From: the human T2T-CHM13v2.0 reference genome, Homo sapiens
Direction: 5' to 3' (one strand)
DNA: 64,000 nucleotides
NCBI RefSeq assembly: GCF_009914755.1
Contig: NC_060933.1
Below the pieces are notes generated by a model that saw only the letters and a list, made by a program, of their open reading frames with translations, was not told the origin of the DNA and did not search any database. The translations under genes were made by a program, and so were the position numbers. Shown piece after piece: positions 1 through 17,650 of this stretch (the stretch's first letter is position 1; each line of letters starts with the position of its first letter).

Positions 1-72
1 AGGTTTATAATTTTTATACCTTCTTGATATATTGTCTCTTTAACATTACAGCATGTCCTTTTTTATCTCTGA

Positions 73-253
73 TGTATCAGTCTGTTCTCACAGTGCTAAT
101 AAAGACATACTTGCGACTGGGTAATTTATAAACGAAAGAGGTTTGACCTGGCTAGGGAGGCCTCACAATCACGGTGTAAGGCAAGGAGGAGCAAAGTCAC
201 ATCTTACAATCATAGCGGCACGCAAGAAAGCATGCTTTATAAAAGCATCACAT
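73..253 (+). mobile_element. THE1/MST (MaLR) LTR, truncated
   Basis: tgtatcagtctgttctcacagtgctaataaagacatac...gggtaatttataaacgaaagaggttt. Confidence 0.8.
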
Positions 254-582
254 GGCCGGGCGCTGTGGCTCACGCCTGTAATCCCAGCACTTTGGGAGGC
301 CGAGGCGGGCGGATCATAAGGTCAGGAGATCAAGACCATCCTGGCTAACACGGTGAAACCCCGTCTCTACTAAAAATACAAAAAAATTAGCCGGGCGAGG
401 TGGTGGGCGCCTGTAGTCCCAGCTACTCGGGAGGCTGAGGCAGGAGAATGGCGTGAACCCCGGGGGGCGGAGTGTGCAGTGAGCCGAGATCGCGCCACTG
501 CACTCCAGCCTGGGCGACAGCGAGACTCCGTCTCAAAAAAACAAAAAAAAACAAAAACAAACAAAAACAAACAAACAAACAA
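254..582 (+). mobile_element. AluY (Ye5-like), full length
   Basis: ggcgaggtgg and gaaccccggggggcgg variants; 13-bp TSD aaaagcatcacat (241-253 and 583-595). Confidence 0.85.
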
Positions 583-595
583 AAAAGCATCACAT

Positions 596-1366
596 AACTG
601 GTCTGAGATAGTATCTCATTGTGGTTTTGATTTGCCTTTCTCTAATGACCAGCGATGATGAGCTTTTCTTCATATGTTTGTTGGCTGCATAAATGTCCTC
701 TTTTGAGAAGTGTCTGTTCATATCCTTTGCCCACATTTTGATGGGGTTGTTTGTCTCTTGTAAATTTGTTTAAGTTCCTTGTAGATTCTAGATATTCGCC
801 TTTTGTCAGATGGACAGATTGTAAAAATTTTCTCCCATTCCGTAGGTTGCCTGTTCACTCTGATGATAGTTTCTTTAGCTGTGCAGAAGCTCTTTAGTTT
901 AACCAGATCCCATTCGTCTATTTTGGCTTTTGTTGCCATTGCTTTTGGTGTTTTAGTCATGAAGTCCTTGCCCATGCCTATGTCCTGGATGGTATTGCCT
1001 AGATTTTCTTCTAGGGTTTTTATGGTTTTAGGTCTTATGTTTAAGTCTTTAATCCATCGTGAGTTAAATTTTGTATAAGGTGTAAGGAAGGGGTCCAGTT
1101 TCAGTTTTCTGCGTATGGCCAGCCAGTTTTCCCAATACCATTTATTAAATAGGCAATTCTTTCCGCATTGCTTGTTTTTGTCAAGTTTCTCAAAGATCAG
1201 ATGGTTGTAAATGTGTGGTGTTATTTCTGAGGCCTCTGTTCTGTTCCATTGGTCTATATCTCTGTTTTGGTACCAGTACCATGCTGTTTTGGTCACTGTA
1301 GCCTTATAGTATACTTTGAAGTCAGGTAGCATGATGTCTCCAGCTTTGTTCTTTTTACTTTTGCAT
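596..1366 (-). mobile_element. L1PA fragment (ORF2 3' region)
   Basis: ORF 718-1482 contains ORF2p sequence ([30 protein letters not shown]). Confidence 0.92.
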
Positions 1367-1725
1367 CTTTTAAAGAAGCTGAGGAAGAAAGGAGGGCAAG
1401 TATACATTTGTAAAGTTTGTGATATTAATCTTCTTATCTGCCATTTCTGGTTCTCTTTATTTTTGTACACCTGAAAAACCATCTGGTGTCAACCTCTTGG
1501 TTGGTCCAATATAGATTTGCTTCTGCTCATATCCTTTGTGCCATTATTGTCAAATATATTACATTTCCATAGGTTACGAATCCAACAATCTGTGTATATA
1601 CATATCATTTTATGCAATTGCATTTTAAATCATTTAAGGAAAGAAGACAAAATATCCAATTATACTCTAACAATTATCTACATAATTCAATTTACCAGCC
1701 TCTTTGTTTTCTCATATGGGGTTGA

Positions 1726-2132
<407 letters not shown>

Positions 2133-3744
2133 AGAAAATGTCTATTTAATCTTAAGTCTTAGCATATAGTTTTGCTAGATATAAGATTCTTGGTCTCTTA
2201 TTTTCTTTAATCACTTTTAATATGTCATTCCACTTTCTTCTGCCTTCTATTACTTATGATGAGCAATTAGTTTTTAATCTTATTGGAGTTTCCTTTATGT
2301 GATAAATCTATATATGAATATCAATTGGATCCTGTTGGTGAACTGTGTAGTTCATATTTTTCTATATCTATGCTAATTTTCTGACTAGTAATTCTGTCAG
2401 CTAGTGAGAAGGTTGGAATCCCCAACTATAATTGTAGATTTGTCTATTTCTTCTTTCAGTATTCTCTGCTTTTGTTCCATGTATTTTAAAATTCTGTTGG
2501 TTTATATACATTTAGGATCATTGTGTCTTCATAGTAGCTTGGCTTTTAAAAATATGTAATATCTTTCTTTGTCTTTAGTAATTTTCCTTACTCTGAAGTC
2601 TCTCCATCAGATATTAATATAGCAATTCCTGCATTATTTTGTTAATATTTGCATATTATGTCTTTTTCATGCATTTAATTTCAATTTACCTATTTTATTA
2701 AATGCAAAGTAGGTTTCTTATAAACAGCTTATGATTAGGATATTTTGAAATCTACTTTGCTAATCTCTCACTTTTTATTAATGTATTTAGATAATTTTAA
2801 AAAATAAGATGCTTCATTTTTTCCTAAGTTTTAGGTTTACAGAAAAAAAGATGAAAGAAAAAAACAGTTCCCGTATACCTCCCTGCAGTTTCTCCTATTT
2901 TTAGCATCTTACATGAGTGTGGCACATTTGTTAGAATCGATGACCCAGTATTGATACACCATTAGTTACTAAAGCCCATAGTTTATATTAAGCTTCACTC
3001 TTTGTGATTGACGTTCCATGGGTTTGGACAAATATATAATGGCATGTATCCAAAATTACTGTGTCATACATAACAGTGTTACTATTCTGAAAATCTCTTG
3101 TGTTCAATTTACTCCTAGTCCCCTTTCCCTCAAACTCCTGACAATCACTGAGCTATTTACTGTGTCTGTAATTTTTCATTTTCCAGAATGCCATGTAGTT
3201 GGAATCATAGAGAAATTAGTTCGTTAGACCTCGAACTTCGTTCTTCTCCTTCAATATTATGTTGGCTGTTCTGGATCTTTTGTCATTTCATATAAACTTT
3301 TGAACCAGTTTGTGGATATCCACTTAATAATTTGCTGGAATTTTGATTGGGGTTCCATTAAATCTACAGATCAAGTTTTGAAGAAATGACATTATGACAA
3401 TATTGAGTCTTCTTATCCATGTACATAGAATATCTCTCCATTTATTTAGATCTTCTTTGATTTCTTTCATCAGTTTGTAGTTTTTTCTCACATAAACTTT
3501 GTACATATTTTATTCTATTTATACTCCATTTATTTAGATCTTTGATTTCTTTCACCAGAGTTTGTAGTTTTCTCATATAAACCTGGTACGTATTTTATTC
3601 AATTTATGCCTAAACATTTCTCTTTTCAATGCTAAAGTAAATGGTATTATGCTTTTAATTTCAAATTCCAATTGCCCATTGCTGGTATATCAGAAATCAA
3701 TTGACTTTTGTACATTAACATTATACTCTACAACCTTACTATAA

Positions 3745-4234
<490 letters not shown>

Positions 4235-6055
4235 GAGCAGGCATTCTTGCCTTGTTTTTCATCTTACCAGGAAAGCATCTAACTTCTTACCAGGGAATAT
4301 GATGTTAGCTGTAGGTTTCCTATAGACATTGTCACTTTGAGGAAGTTTCCCTCTATTCCTAATTTCCCGAGAGTTATCGTTAATGGATGTTGGATTTTGT
4401 CAAATGTTTTTCTGCATCTGGTGATGTGATCTTGTTTTTTTTCTTTTTCTTGTTAATGTGATGAAATATATCAGTTTATTTTCAATTGTTGAACTAGCCT
4501 TTCATAATTAGGATAAGGTCCACTTCATCATCTTTTTACACATTATTGGATCCAATTTGCTAATACTTTGTTCAGGATTTTTGCTTAATGAAAGATAGTG
4601 CTCTTTGTTTTTTCTTTCTTGTAATGTCTTTGGTTTTGGTGTATGGTAATAATGACCTCATAGAATAACTAGGGAAGCATTCTGTATGCTTCTGTTTTTT
4701 GGAAAAGATTCTGGAGAATTGTTATAATTTTTCTTTTAAGTGTTAGAATTTACCAGAGAACTCTCTGGGGCTTGGTACTTTCTATTTTATCAGCTTATTA
4801 ATTATTGATTCAGTTCCTTTGATAGATATAGGACAACTCAGATTGTCTTTTTCTCCTGGTGTGAATTTTAGTAGATTGTATATTTCAAAGAAGTGCTGCA
4901 TTTTATGTCGGTTATCAAACTTATGAAGTTGTTAATAATATTTCTTTATTTTTTTAAATGTTTTAATGTCCATAGTATCTATAGAGGTGGTTCTTCTTTA
5001 AATGTTGATATTAATAATTTGTATTCTTTTTCTCTCTTACTCTGGATAGAGATTTACCAATTTTATTTATCTTTTCAAAGAATCAGATTTTTATTTGTTG
5101 ATTTTTTTCTATTGATTTTTCTGTCTTCAATTTTATTGATTTTTATATTTTTCTTCTCCTTATTTTGAGTCTAATTTGTTCTTCCTTTACTAGCTTCCTA
5201 AGGTGAAAAGTTAGATTATTAATTTTAGACCCTCCTTGGGATGCAACATGTATATTCAATGCTATAATTTTGGTCTAAGCATTGTTTTACTGCATTTCAC
5301 ACTTTCATAAGATGTAAGCAAAAATGAAAAGCTATGACCACCCTCTATAACTTACCGCAGTAGCTTTTCCATCCCCTTAATTTTTATCTCTATGGGTCTT
5401 CAAATTTAAAGTTGTATTTTCATTTTCATTTAGTTCAAAATATTTTACAATTCCTCCTGAGACTTCCTTGATCCATTTTTTATTTAGAAGTGTGATGTTA
5501 CGCCTTCATGTATTTTAAAGTTTTCCAGTCATCTTTCTGAATTTGATTTCTAGCTTAATTTCACTGTAGTCATAGAGCATAATTTGCATGACTTACATGC
5601 TTTTAAATAAGTTGCTTTTTAATGGCCTAGATAGTGATGTGTCTTTGTGAACATTCCATGGGAGCTTCAGAAGCATGTGTATTCTGCTGTTGGGTGAATT
5701 ATTCTACACATGTCAATTGGATTAATGTCACTGCTGACTTGAATTACAATATGTCTTCCCTAATTTTTTGCCTGCTTAATCTGCTAATTACTAGTAGAGA
5801 GATGTTAAAGTCTCAAAGTACAGTAGTAAATTCATCTATTTTTCCTTGAAGTTCTATTAGTTTTTGCCTAACATATAGTGATGCTCTGTTTTTAGGTGTG
5901 TAAACACTAAGGATTGTTATGTCTTCTTGGAGAACTGACCGCATTTTTATTATGTAATTACTCTCTTTATTTCTGATAATTCTTCTTGTTCTGAAGTGGG
6001 ATGTGTCATTAATAGAGCTACTCCTGCTTTCTTTGGATTACTGTTAGCATGCTAT

Positions 6056-6627
6056 TGTTGCCAGTGGGCTGTTTCAGGTTCTTGACTTTGCTGCACAAAA
6101 AACTTTGAGAACGAGTCCAAAGTAACAGTAAGCAAAAGAGTTTATTGCAAAGCAAAAGTACACTCTGATAGCTGATCAGAGCAGGCTGCTCAAAGGTGAG
6201 ACAGCCCTGTCTGATGCAGGGGGATCGCCCTTTATGGGAGATTTACATGATTATTCATGGAGGGGTGGGAAGGGGTGTTCTGATGAGTATGTTATGGGTA
6301 GTCCCCTGGCTGCACAGGTGCTGTGGTTGTACATGCTAGGACTTAACATTGCATGTATCATTAGCATCTTAAATCTCCACCCAGGGGTGTTTTTCTTTTA
6401 CTATTATAGTGAATATAGGTCAGTCCAAGGACACTAATCATGGGTTTCTGTGCTTGTGTGAATTTGGGAATTCTCCCTTCTATTTTTCTACCTCCTTGCT
6501 GCAGGATGTTCTAACCCTGAGCCCATGATGTGATTTGTGCACTGTCGGGTAGTTTATTCTCTCCATCTATTTAGCAAGTTTGTTCTCCTTTAAGGGAGGC
6601 TATGACCACCCTTTATAATTTACCTCA
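6056..6627 (-). mobile_element. ERV1-class solo LTR (MER4-group-like)
   Basis: TG...CA termini, near 4-bp TSD ctat/gtat, interrupts L1. Subfamily uncertain. Confidence 0.7.
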
Positions 6628-8909
6628 GTATCTTTTCCATCCCCTTAATTTTTATCTCTATGAGTCTTCAAATTTAAAATGAGCTTCTTGTAGACAGCTG
6701 GGTCTTGTTTTTTGATTTACTATGACAGTCTCTGTATTTTAATTGGTGTGTTTTAGACCATTGACAGTTAAGATGATTATTGATATAGCAATTAATATGT
6801 ACCATCTGTGTTAATGATTTTTCTTTGCCGTCCTTGCTCTTAGTTATTTTTGTCGCGCATAGTTTTCTACTTTTTGTGTTTTAATTGAGCACTTTATATA
6901 ATTTCATTTTCTCTCCTCCCTTAGCATATCAATTATACTTTTTTAAAGTTTTAAAACATTAGTCCTAGAGTTCGCAGTATATTTTTACAACTAATCCAAG
7001 TACACTTTCAAATGACACTATACCACTTCACAGGTAGAAGATATATTAATAACACAATATTCCTAATTCTTCCTTCCTTTCCCTTTTATCATTGCTATCA
7101 CTCACTTCATGTCTACAAAAGTATACAAAAGCATATATATATGCATACATAACCATATATTGTTGCTGTTATTATTTTGAACAAACTATTATGTCTTTGA
7201 TCAATTAAGAACAAAAAAAGAATGTTTTACTTTACTTTTACTTATTAATTCATTGACTCTCTTCTTTTATTTATGTAGATTGGAGTGTCTGACCTACATC
7301 ATTTTCTTTCTGAACTTCCGTTAACATTTCTTGCAAGGTAGGTCTACCAGTAACAATGCCTTCAGGTTTTATTTGTCTGAGAAGAACTTTAGTTCTTATT
7401 ACTTTTGAAGGATAATTTTACAGGGTGCAGAAATCTAGGCTGGTGGTTTTTCTCTCAACCTCACTCTTCTTGCTTGCATGGTTTCTAAGAAAATTTAAGA
7501 AGTAATTCTTATTTTTGCTCCTTTATATGTAAGGTATTTTTCCTCTCTGGCTTCTTTCAAGACTTTTTTTTTTCTTATTTTTGATTTTCTGAAGTTGAAT
7601 ATGAAATGCCTAGGTGTAATTTTTCTTTTCATGTATCCTGTTTGGTGTACTCTGAGCTTTCTTGATCTCTGGTTTGGTGTCTGACACTAGTTTGGAAGGA
7701 ATTTTCAGTCATTATTGTTTCAAATATTGCTTCCATTTTTTTCTCTCTTTCCTGTCCTTTTAAAATTCCCAATATATATATTAACTCCTTTTGTAGTTTT
7801 GTTACTGTTCTTTGATATTCTATTCTGTTTTTACTGAGTAATTTTTTTCCTTGCTCTTTAGTTTTGGAAATTTCTATTATCATATCATCAAACTCAAAGA
7901 TTCTTTTCTGGCTATGTCCAGTCTATTAATGAGCCCATCAAAGCCCTTCTTTATGTCTATTACAATGTCTTTGATCTCCAGCACTTCTTTTTTGATTTTT
8001 TTCTTTGTATCCCCATCTCTCTGTTTACATAATTCATCTGTTCTTGCATGTTGTCTGTTTACTAGAGTCCTTAGCACATTAATCACAATTATTTAAAATA
8101 TCTGCTTTGATAATTCCAACATTCCTGCCATACTTGACTCTGCTTATGATGCTTGTTCATACTTTTCAAACCGTTTTTTTCTTTGCATTTCAGTCTATCT
8201 TGGAATTTTTTTTTGTTGAAAAGTGAACACAATGTACTAAGTAAAAGCAGCTATAGTAAATAGGCCTTTAGTAATGTAGTGATAGAGTGTAAGGGGAAGG
8301 GGAGCATTCTATAGTCCTATGATTACGGCTCAGTCTTTTGGTGAGACTGTGCCCCTTGACTGTGAACTTCATCAGTGCTTCTCAGTTCCTCCCCGACTTT
8401 AGATGAGACATAATGGCTGAAGGGAGGACGAAGTTGTATATTTCCCTTTTTCCATGTGGAAATCTAAAAGGGATTGTAGTTGAGTGTTTCTCTTCCCCCA
8501 CATGAAAGGCCAGAAGGAGATGGAGTTATTTATTCCCTTTTGTGCATGTGGAAGGCTACAGCCAGTTGAGTATTTTCCTTCTGTCACATATAGTAGGCTC
8601 TGATAAAACCCCAGCAGATTAGGCCCTAGTAAAATAGTTTCTCCTGGTGCAGGTCTTGTGAAAAAGAACTGAATACTCCAGCATGTTTCCAAATGGTTCC
8701 TTTCCCCTTCCTCCTGCCAGAAGCATGAGGACATTTTTTCCAACATTCACTGAGAACCTAGTAGAGTTTCTGGAGGCATAATTCACAAAAGTATGGAGAC
8801 CTTCAATGAGTGTACCCACTTGAAGTTTTTAACTTTCAGAGTTGTTCACATTGAGCTCCAGCAATTTGTTAATTACAGTTTCAGGTTTTTCTACTTCAGC
8901 ACTGGTGAT

Positions 8910-9227
8910 TTTTTTGTGTGTGTTTTTTTGTTTTTTGTTTTTTCTTTGGTGGAGTTTTGCTCTGTTGCACAAGCTGGAGTACAATGACATGATCTTGCCT
9001 CACTGCAATCTCCACCTCCCGGCTTTAAGCAATTCTCCTGCTTCAGCCTCTTGAATAGCTGGGATTACAGGTTCCCGCCAACATGCCCAGCTAATTTTGG
9101 TATTTTTAGTAGAGATGGGGTTTCACCGTGTTGGCCAGGCTGGTCTTGAACTCCTGACCTCAGGTGATCTGCCCACCTTGGCCTCCCAAAGTGCTGGGAT
9201 TACAGGCGTGAGCCACTATGCCCAACC
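8910..9227 (-). mobile_element. AluS
   Basis: Antisense Alu consensus. Confidence 0.88.
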
Positions 9228-9626
9228 CAGCACTGGGTCTTATGGAGATTTCTGCTCATCATTTCTGCATGAGTTAAGTTTTGCTTCTATGTATCTGCCT
9301 GTCTGTCTCTCCAATTTGGGGGTCCTTGGTTTGCTCTCTGATCTCATTTCCATGACAGATCTGAGAAGAGGTGTTGAGTTTTTTGTTTGTTCAACTTTTT
9401 ACTAGTTGTTAGGATAAAGTATGACTATCAAGCTCCTTACATACTGGTTTAGAACCAGAAGGTTTTCCTCTCATGTTTGAAGGACAGTTTTGCTAATTAT
9501 AAAATTTCCAGTTGACAATTTTGTTCCTCTGCCTACACTCCTTTTGTTTTATCATACTTGGTGTTCATTGAGATTCTTGGATTTGCATATACATGTCTTA
9601 AAAATTTGGGAAATTTTTGATCCTTA

Positions 9627-10131
9627 TGTTACCAGAAAGGAGTCCCGATACAGACCCCAAGAGAGGGTTCTTAGAGCTTACACGATAAAGAATTCAGGGC
9701 GAGTCCACAGTGCAAAGTAAAAGCAAGTGGTGAAAGAACAGCTACTCCATAGACAGAGTAGGACATTCCTGAAAGTGAGAGGAAGAACACATCCATCCTA
9801 GGTACGATGGTTGCATATATGGGGAGATGTGCTCTCCTACAAGAGTTTTTGATAAAGGATTAATTTTCTTAATTACCATATTTTGCAAGAATCAATATTA
9901 TTATCTTTAATGCAAAATTAGGAATGCCCTTATTCTCCAGATATTGAGATATCTGGACACTCCCAAGTCTGGGTCTGTTTTAGTAAGCATCATTAATTTG
10001 TTCACTGATTCATAAACATCTAGAAGCTAGGAAAATGCCTAATTTTCTGAGAATGCAGTCCAGCAAGTCTCTGCCTCATTTTCCTAGCCCTCACTCAAAA
10101 TGGAGTCGCTCTGGTTTGAACGCCTCTGACA
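9627..10131 (-). mobile_element. MER41-family solo LTR
   Basis: tgttaccagaaagg...cagaccccaagagagggttctt...caaaatggagtcgctctggtttgaacgcctctgaca; perfect 4-bp TSD ctta. Confidence 0.85.
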
Positions 10132-10655
10132 CTTATGTTGTCATATAAATCACTGCCTCCTTCTTTCTCTCTTCTGTTTCTGGAACTTCTGTAATGAATA
10201 ATTGGACTACTCAATGATGACTCTTAAATACCTTAGACTCTATTCACTTCTTTTTTTTTTTTTTTTTTCCTTTTTGGTCCTTAGACTCACTACTTTTAAA
10301 TAATCTTTTTTTTTGTTTGCTGCTTCTTTCCACTGCCTGCTAAAGTCTTCTGTTAAAGCTGTCTCATAAATTTTTCAATTCACTTACCATATTTTTCATC
10401 TCCAGAATTTCTTGTTGGTTCTTTTAAAATAATTTCTGTCTCTTTGTTGATATTCTCCTTTTGTTCATATATTATTTTCTTCACTTTTTAGTTATTTGTC
10501 TATGTTTTTCTTTAGATCCTTGAGCATAAGATAGTTGTTTAAAAGTCTTTGTCTAGTATTTCAAATGTCAATGTTTCTTCAGGGACAGTTTCTGCAGCTG
10601 TATTTTCTTCTTTGCTTGGGCCATGGCTTTCTTGTCTCTTTGAACACCTTGTAAT

Positions 10656-10694
10656 TTGTTATTGTTATTGTTATTGTTATTGTTATTGTTATTG
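10656..10694. repeat. (TTGTTA)n microsatellite
   Basis: About 6 tandem hexamers. Confidence 0.9.
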
Positions 10695-11645
10695 TGGAAA
10701 ATGGGGCATTTAGAAAAAAAGGCATTTCCTCTCCCAATGTTTGCAGACTGAGTCTGTGTAGGAAAAGCTCTTCAATAATTAGAAGGGCATGTTCTTTGAC
10801 TTTAGATCAGCCTGGTCTGAAGGCTTTCATCTTCTGTGGTCTTTTATCAGACTTCATTTTCTCTGGGCCTGTGTGTGCTTTTATTTATTTTTTCCTTGTG
10901 TATACAGCCTTTTAGAAAATGTCTTAATTTCCCTAGGGGTCATAGCCCTGCTTCTTCTCAGAGTCAAGAATATTCTATTTTATTCCTCTATCTGTAATCT
11001 CATGCTCCAGGCATTTGCAGGTCTATCATGCATCTCACAGCAGCATTCACGAGCTATGTCTGTTGTCTCTCATTGGTTTTCATAGCCTGAGATCTGAGCT
11101 GTTCTGATCTTTGCTGTCTGACCTATGAGTTAGAAACAACAGAGACTAATCCAACATGGAGCTCCCAGACAGGTTAGAACATTTCAAATAAAGTCTGGTT
11201 TACCCTTCCAGTTCCAGGGAAGGAATTGGAAGCTCAGCTATCACTTTCCTAAGACCATTCTGTGCAGTTCCAGGGATGGGATGTGGCAAAGCCAAGTAAA
11301 AATGCCACACAATTTTCAACTGCTTTGGAAGTGGCTCCGTTTTGTTTGGATGTTCATGTGTTTTCTGTAAACCTTGAGCTGTTTTCCATAGTTCTTAAAT
11401 GTCAGTTTAACCAATTTGTAGTTTTTTCTTTAATGTTTCCATGGGGGACAAAGTTCTAAAGTTTTCTAGTCTGCCATTTTTCTGACATCACTGAGATTAA
11501 TTTTATGCCCCAGCATATGTTTTTTTCTAGGTAAATATTCTGTGTACATTTAAAAAAAATGTGTATCTGACAGTTGGTATTTGAAATTTTCTATACATGT
11601 CAATTAGGTCAAGTGGTAATGCTGGTCAAATCTTTTACACTCTTA

Positions 11646-12041
<396 letters not shown>

Positions 12042-13409
12042 TTATTTTTCTTATAATCTTTATATTTTGCTTCATGTATATTGAATGTACATGACTTGTT
12101 ATATAAACATTTAGGTTTTTTATTTCTCTTGACAAACTGACCCTTTTGTTATTTTGAAATGACTTTATCTCTAGTAATACCCATTCAACTGAAATTTACT
12201 TTGTGTGATACTACTATAGTCACTCCAGATTTCTTTGAGGTAGTGTTTATTATATATTTTTTCGTCTTTTTACTTGTGTTTTTCCATTTAAAGTATGTTT
12301 TTTTGGAGGCAGAATACTGTTAGCTTTTGCTTTCTTTGAATCTAATCTGTCAATATTAGAGTTTTTGGGCAATTGATACTAATGTGATTATTAATATGGT
12401 TAGATTTAAGTTTATTTTCTTAAAATGGTTTTTCATTTGTTCCCTCTGTGCTTTGTTACTTTTTCTCTTTTTTAGCCCTTTTTAAAGGATAATTGAGAAT
12501 TTCTTTAAGAATTTCATCTTATCTCTTTGATTGGCTTATCAGCCTTTACTCTTTGTTGGCATATTTTAGTGGTTGGTTTAGGGTATGTAGCATATATTTT
12601 TAACTTTTCACAGTGTATATTCAAGTTATAGTATATTACTTCACATATAAAATTTTTGAATAGCATACTTCCATTTTTCTCCTCATAGGCATTGTGCCAT
12701 CACTGCCATAAATTTGACTTCTACATGTGTTATAAACCTCATGCTATATTGTTATTACTGTTACTTAGACAATTATATTTTAAAAATACTTAAATAATAA
12801 GAAAAACATTCCAGAATTTTATTCATGTAGTTACCATGTCCAGTGTCCCACAGTCCTTTGTATGCATTTATATTTGCATCTAGTATCAGTTTTTCAATTT
12901 TCTTCTGCCTAAAAACTTTCTTTAACATTTATTGTAAAGTGGCTATGTTGGAGATGAATTATTTCAGGTTTTCTAAGTCTGAAAAATGTCTTTATTTTCA
13001 TTTTTTAATGTTTTTTTCACTGCTTCTAGAATTTTAAGTAGAAATATTCTTACTTTAAGTACTTAAATAAAATTTCTAGTTATATCATACAATGATTAGA
13101 TTTTTTAAAAATATTTTTTCACATGTACTTTGAAGTTTTTAATTTCTGTTCGTACAATGCTGCCATTATAATGGCACTTAAATATCACTACAACCCAAGC
13201 ATTTTTCTGAGTGTCCAGTACGTATCCATTCACTTAATGTTCACAGGAAGATTTGGAGGCATGCCCTGTTATTATCCCCACTTAAGAGGCCAAGAGAGTA
13301 CTTGCCCAGAGTTGCTCAGTTAGTAAAACATGTTCCATAGGTGAATAAAACTTTGCCTTTGCAAACTTTAAATGTTGAAAGATAGGTTTAAAGGGTGATT
13401 ATTGTTATT

Positions 13410-14323
<914 letters not shown>

Positions 14324-14335
14324 CAAAATGGTGAC

Positions 14336-14662
<327 letters not shown>

Positions 14663-14858
14663 TAAAATACATCAAAATTAACTTATATCTGAAAAAAAGA
14701 AACTTAATAGACCAGTACTTTGATATGTGATTCAACTAGAGCTTTCATAAAAAAACTTTAGGCTCCCTAAAATGGCTCTTTATTGGATTAGTACAATTGG
14801 CTGAATTTTTGTTTAAGGGTAAAATTTGCCCAAGAATGTAGGGCTTTAAAATTTATTT

Positions 14859-15460
<602 letters not shown>

Positions 15461-17273
15461 CTAACATGAATGTGAATCTGTATTTAATGGCAACTACACT
15501 TAGGTGTTTATGAGAGAATATTACAATTTCATAAATTTACATTGAACACTTAAGAAAAGAAACATATTGGCACAAAACTCTTTGAACCATGAAAAGTCCA
15601 CTTTATTCAATATTTATGTGGAAATTATTCTGGCATAACTTCATTCTACACTGCTACAACAGGAAACTATAGGAACATAAGGACAAAATGCCAACATTTA
15701 ACTGCAGCCTTTCCTGGGAAACATAATATGTTTAAATAGCCTTTAGAGACAAAGAAAAGTCTATTTAATTTATGGCATGAAAAGAAATGTGACAACAAAG
15801 CATTTTGTAGTCATGGTTATCAGTCTTTGAAAAAGTTCTTAATAGGATTTGGGTTTATTTTAATTAATGAAAATAAAATATGAATAATTTATTGAACTCA
15901 GTATATTATAGCAGTGGGAACTTCTCATAAATTATTCTCAGATAATTTTCACAAGCTAATCAAAAAAGACATAATTCTGTTTATTATGAAAAATGGGATC
16001 CAAGGTTTCGAGAGAACTTTCGTGTCTTGCTATTGTTTCTAAAGTCTCCCTCCAGACCATCTCATTTCTGAGTCACAGACTTTCCTAAATAACAAGTGCA
16101 GCCAAATATGTTATCACTTCAGGGTCATTTTTGTTTGTTTGTTTTCTCCCTTTCTCTCTCTCTTTTTTTGTATCCTTATACCCGGCAGCAGTTTCTTTGA
16201 AAATTTGGACCAGAAGGTGCATAACAAGTTGTTCTGCAGAAGTTCTTATCTGATATTCTTAGGGAGCTATCCTGCATGTAATCTTCATTTTTTTTTTCTC
16301 TACCATCATGTAGGCATACTCAGTGTAGACTACCACAATCCTGGATACCTCTCTGCTTAGATTTACAATCTCTGCTAAGATTTGCCACTGCAGAAAGTGT
16401 AGTAGTTTCACTACATATGAAAAAAAAGACTGCCTTCTAACTGCGTACTTATTTCTAGCTTCTAGATTGCACATTTACAGTGTTTGCAAAAGCAATAACT
16501 ATTCTTACCGGTAGGAGATGAATTACACACTCCTTCTTCTTCTATAATAAGAGTTATCTACCTTCTGGTCAAAGTGCTTCCTTAAGGCACTTCGAAGCTC
16601 ATCTGCTGGCAGGCATGAAGCATGCTGTTCCCCTGAGCCTTCACGAACTGGATCTACTCAAGACAAAACAGTCTCTGCTTCATTATATTCAGAAATTCAG
16701 GCTTGCCATGAGGCTGTTTAGTGTTCTGAAACACAAATGCTGGCAAATCAAAAATTCTCCCAAACACGTATCTACCAATTTTTGCTCCGTAAATAGGAAC
16801 AGTATTTTCTCATATCCTTAGATTAGCTGAGTTAAAAAGATGCCCCAAACATTGAGTCCCATTATTTTAAGCTTGAAGTTTTATAATTATAGCTTTATCC
16901 TTGCCCCATGAGAGACGCATTCTCTATCAAGCCATTCAAGCAAGGATCAGTTTTCAGTTTAGATAAAACTACAAAATGAATAAATTCACTTCTGACATTT
17001 AATTAATGCCTTTCTTTACTCTCTCCTACCCCTACACTCCACCCCTTATAGTACTTGCCTCCTCTCATTCTCCCCATCTCCAGCCCAAATCCAGATGACT
17101 TCTGCTATATTAAAGTTTGCTTTCAGGAAAAGATCTGAAATCCGTAAGCGGTTTCATACTAAATATTAGCACACTTCAATGGTAGAACATTGATTTGCTG
17201 AAGTCTGGGGTTGATTTCCTAGCCCCTAAAATCACATTCTAACTGTGACTACGTGTTCTTTCTATAAGTTTAA

Positions 17274-17650
<377 letters not shown>

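Noticed and set aside
718-1482. 254-aa ORF
   Set aside because: L1 ORF2p fragment with an unrelated N-terminus; no endonuclease or RT core.
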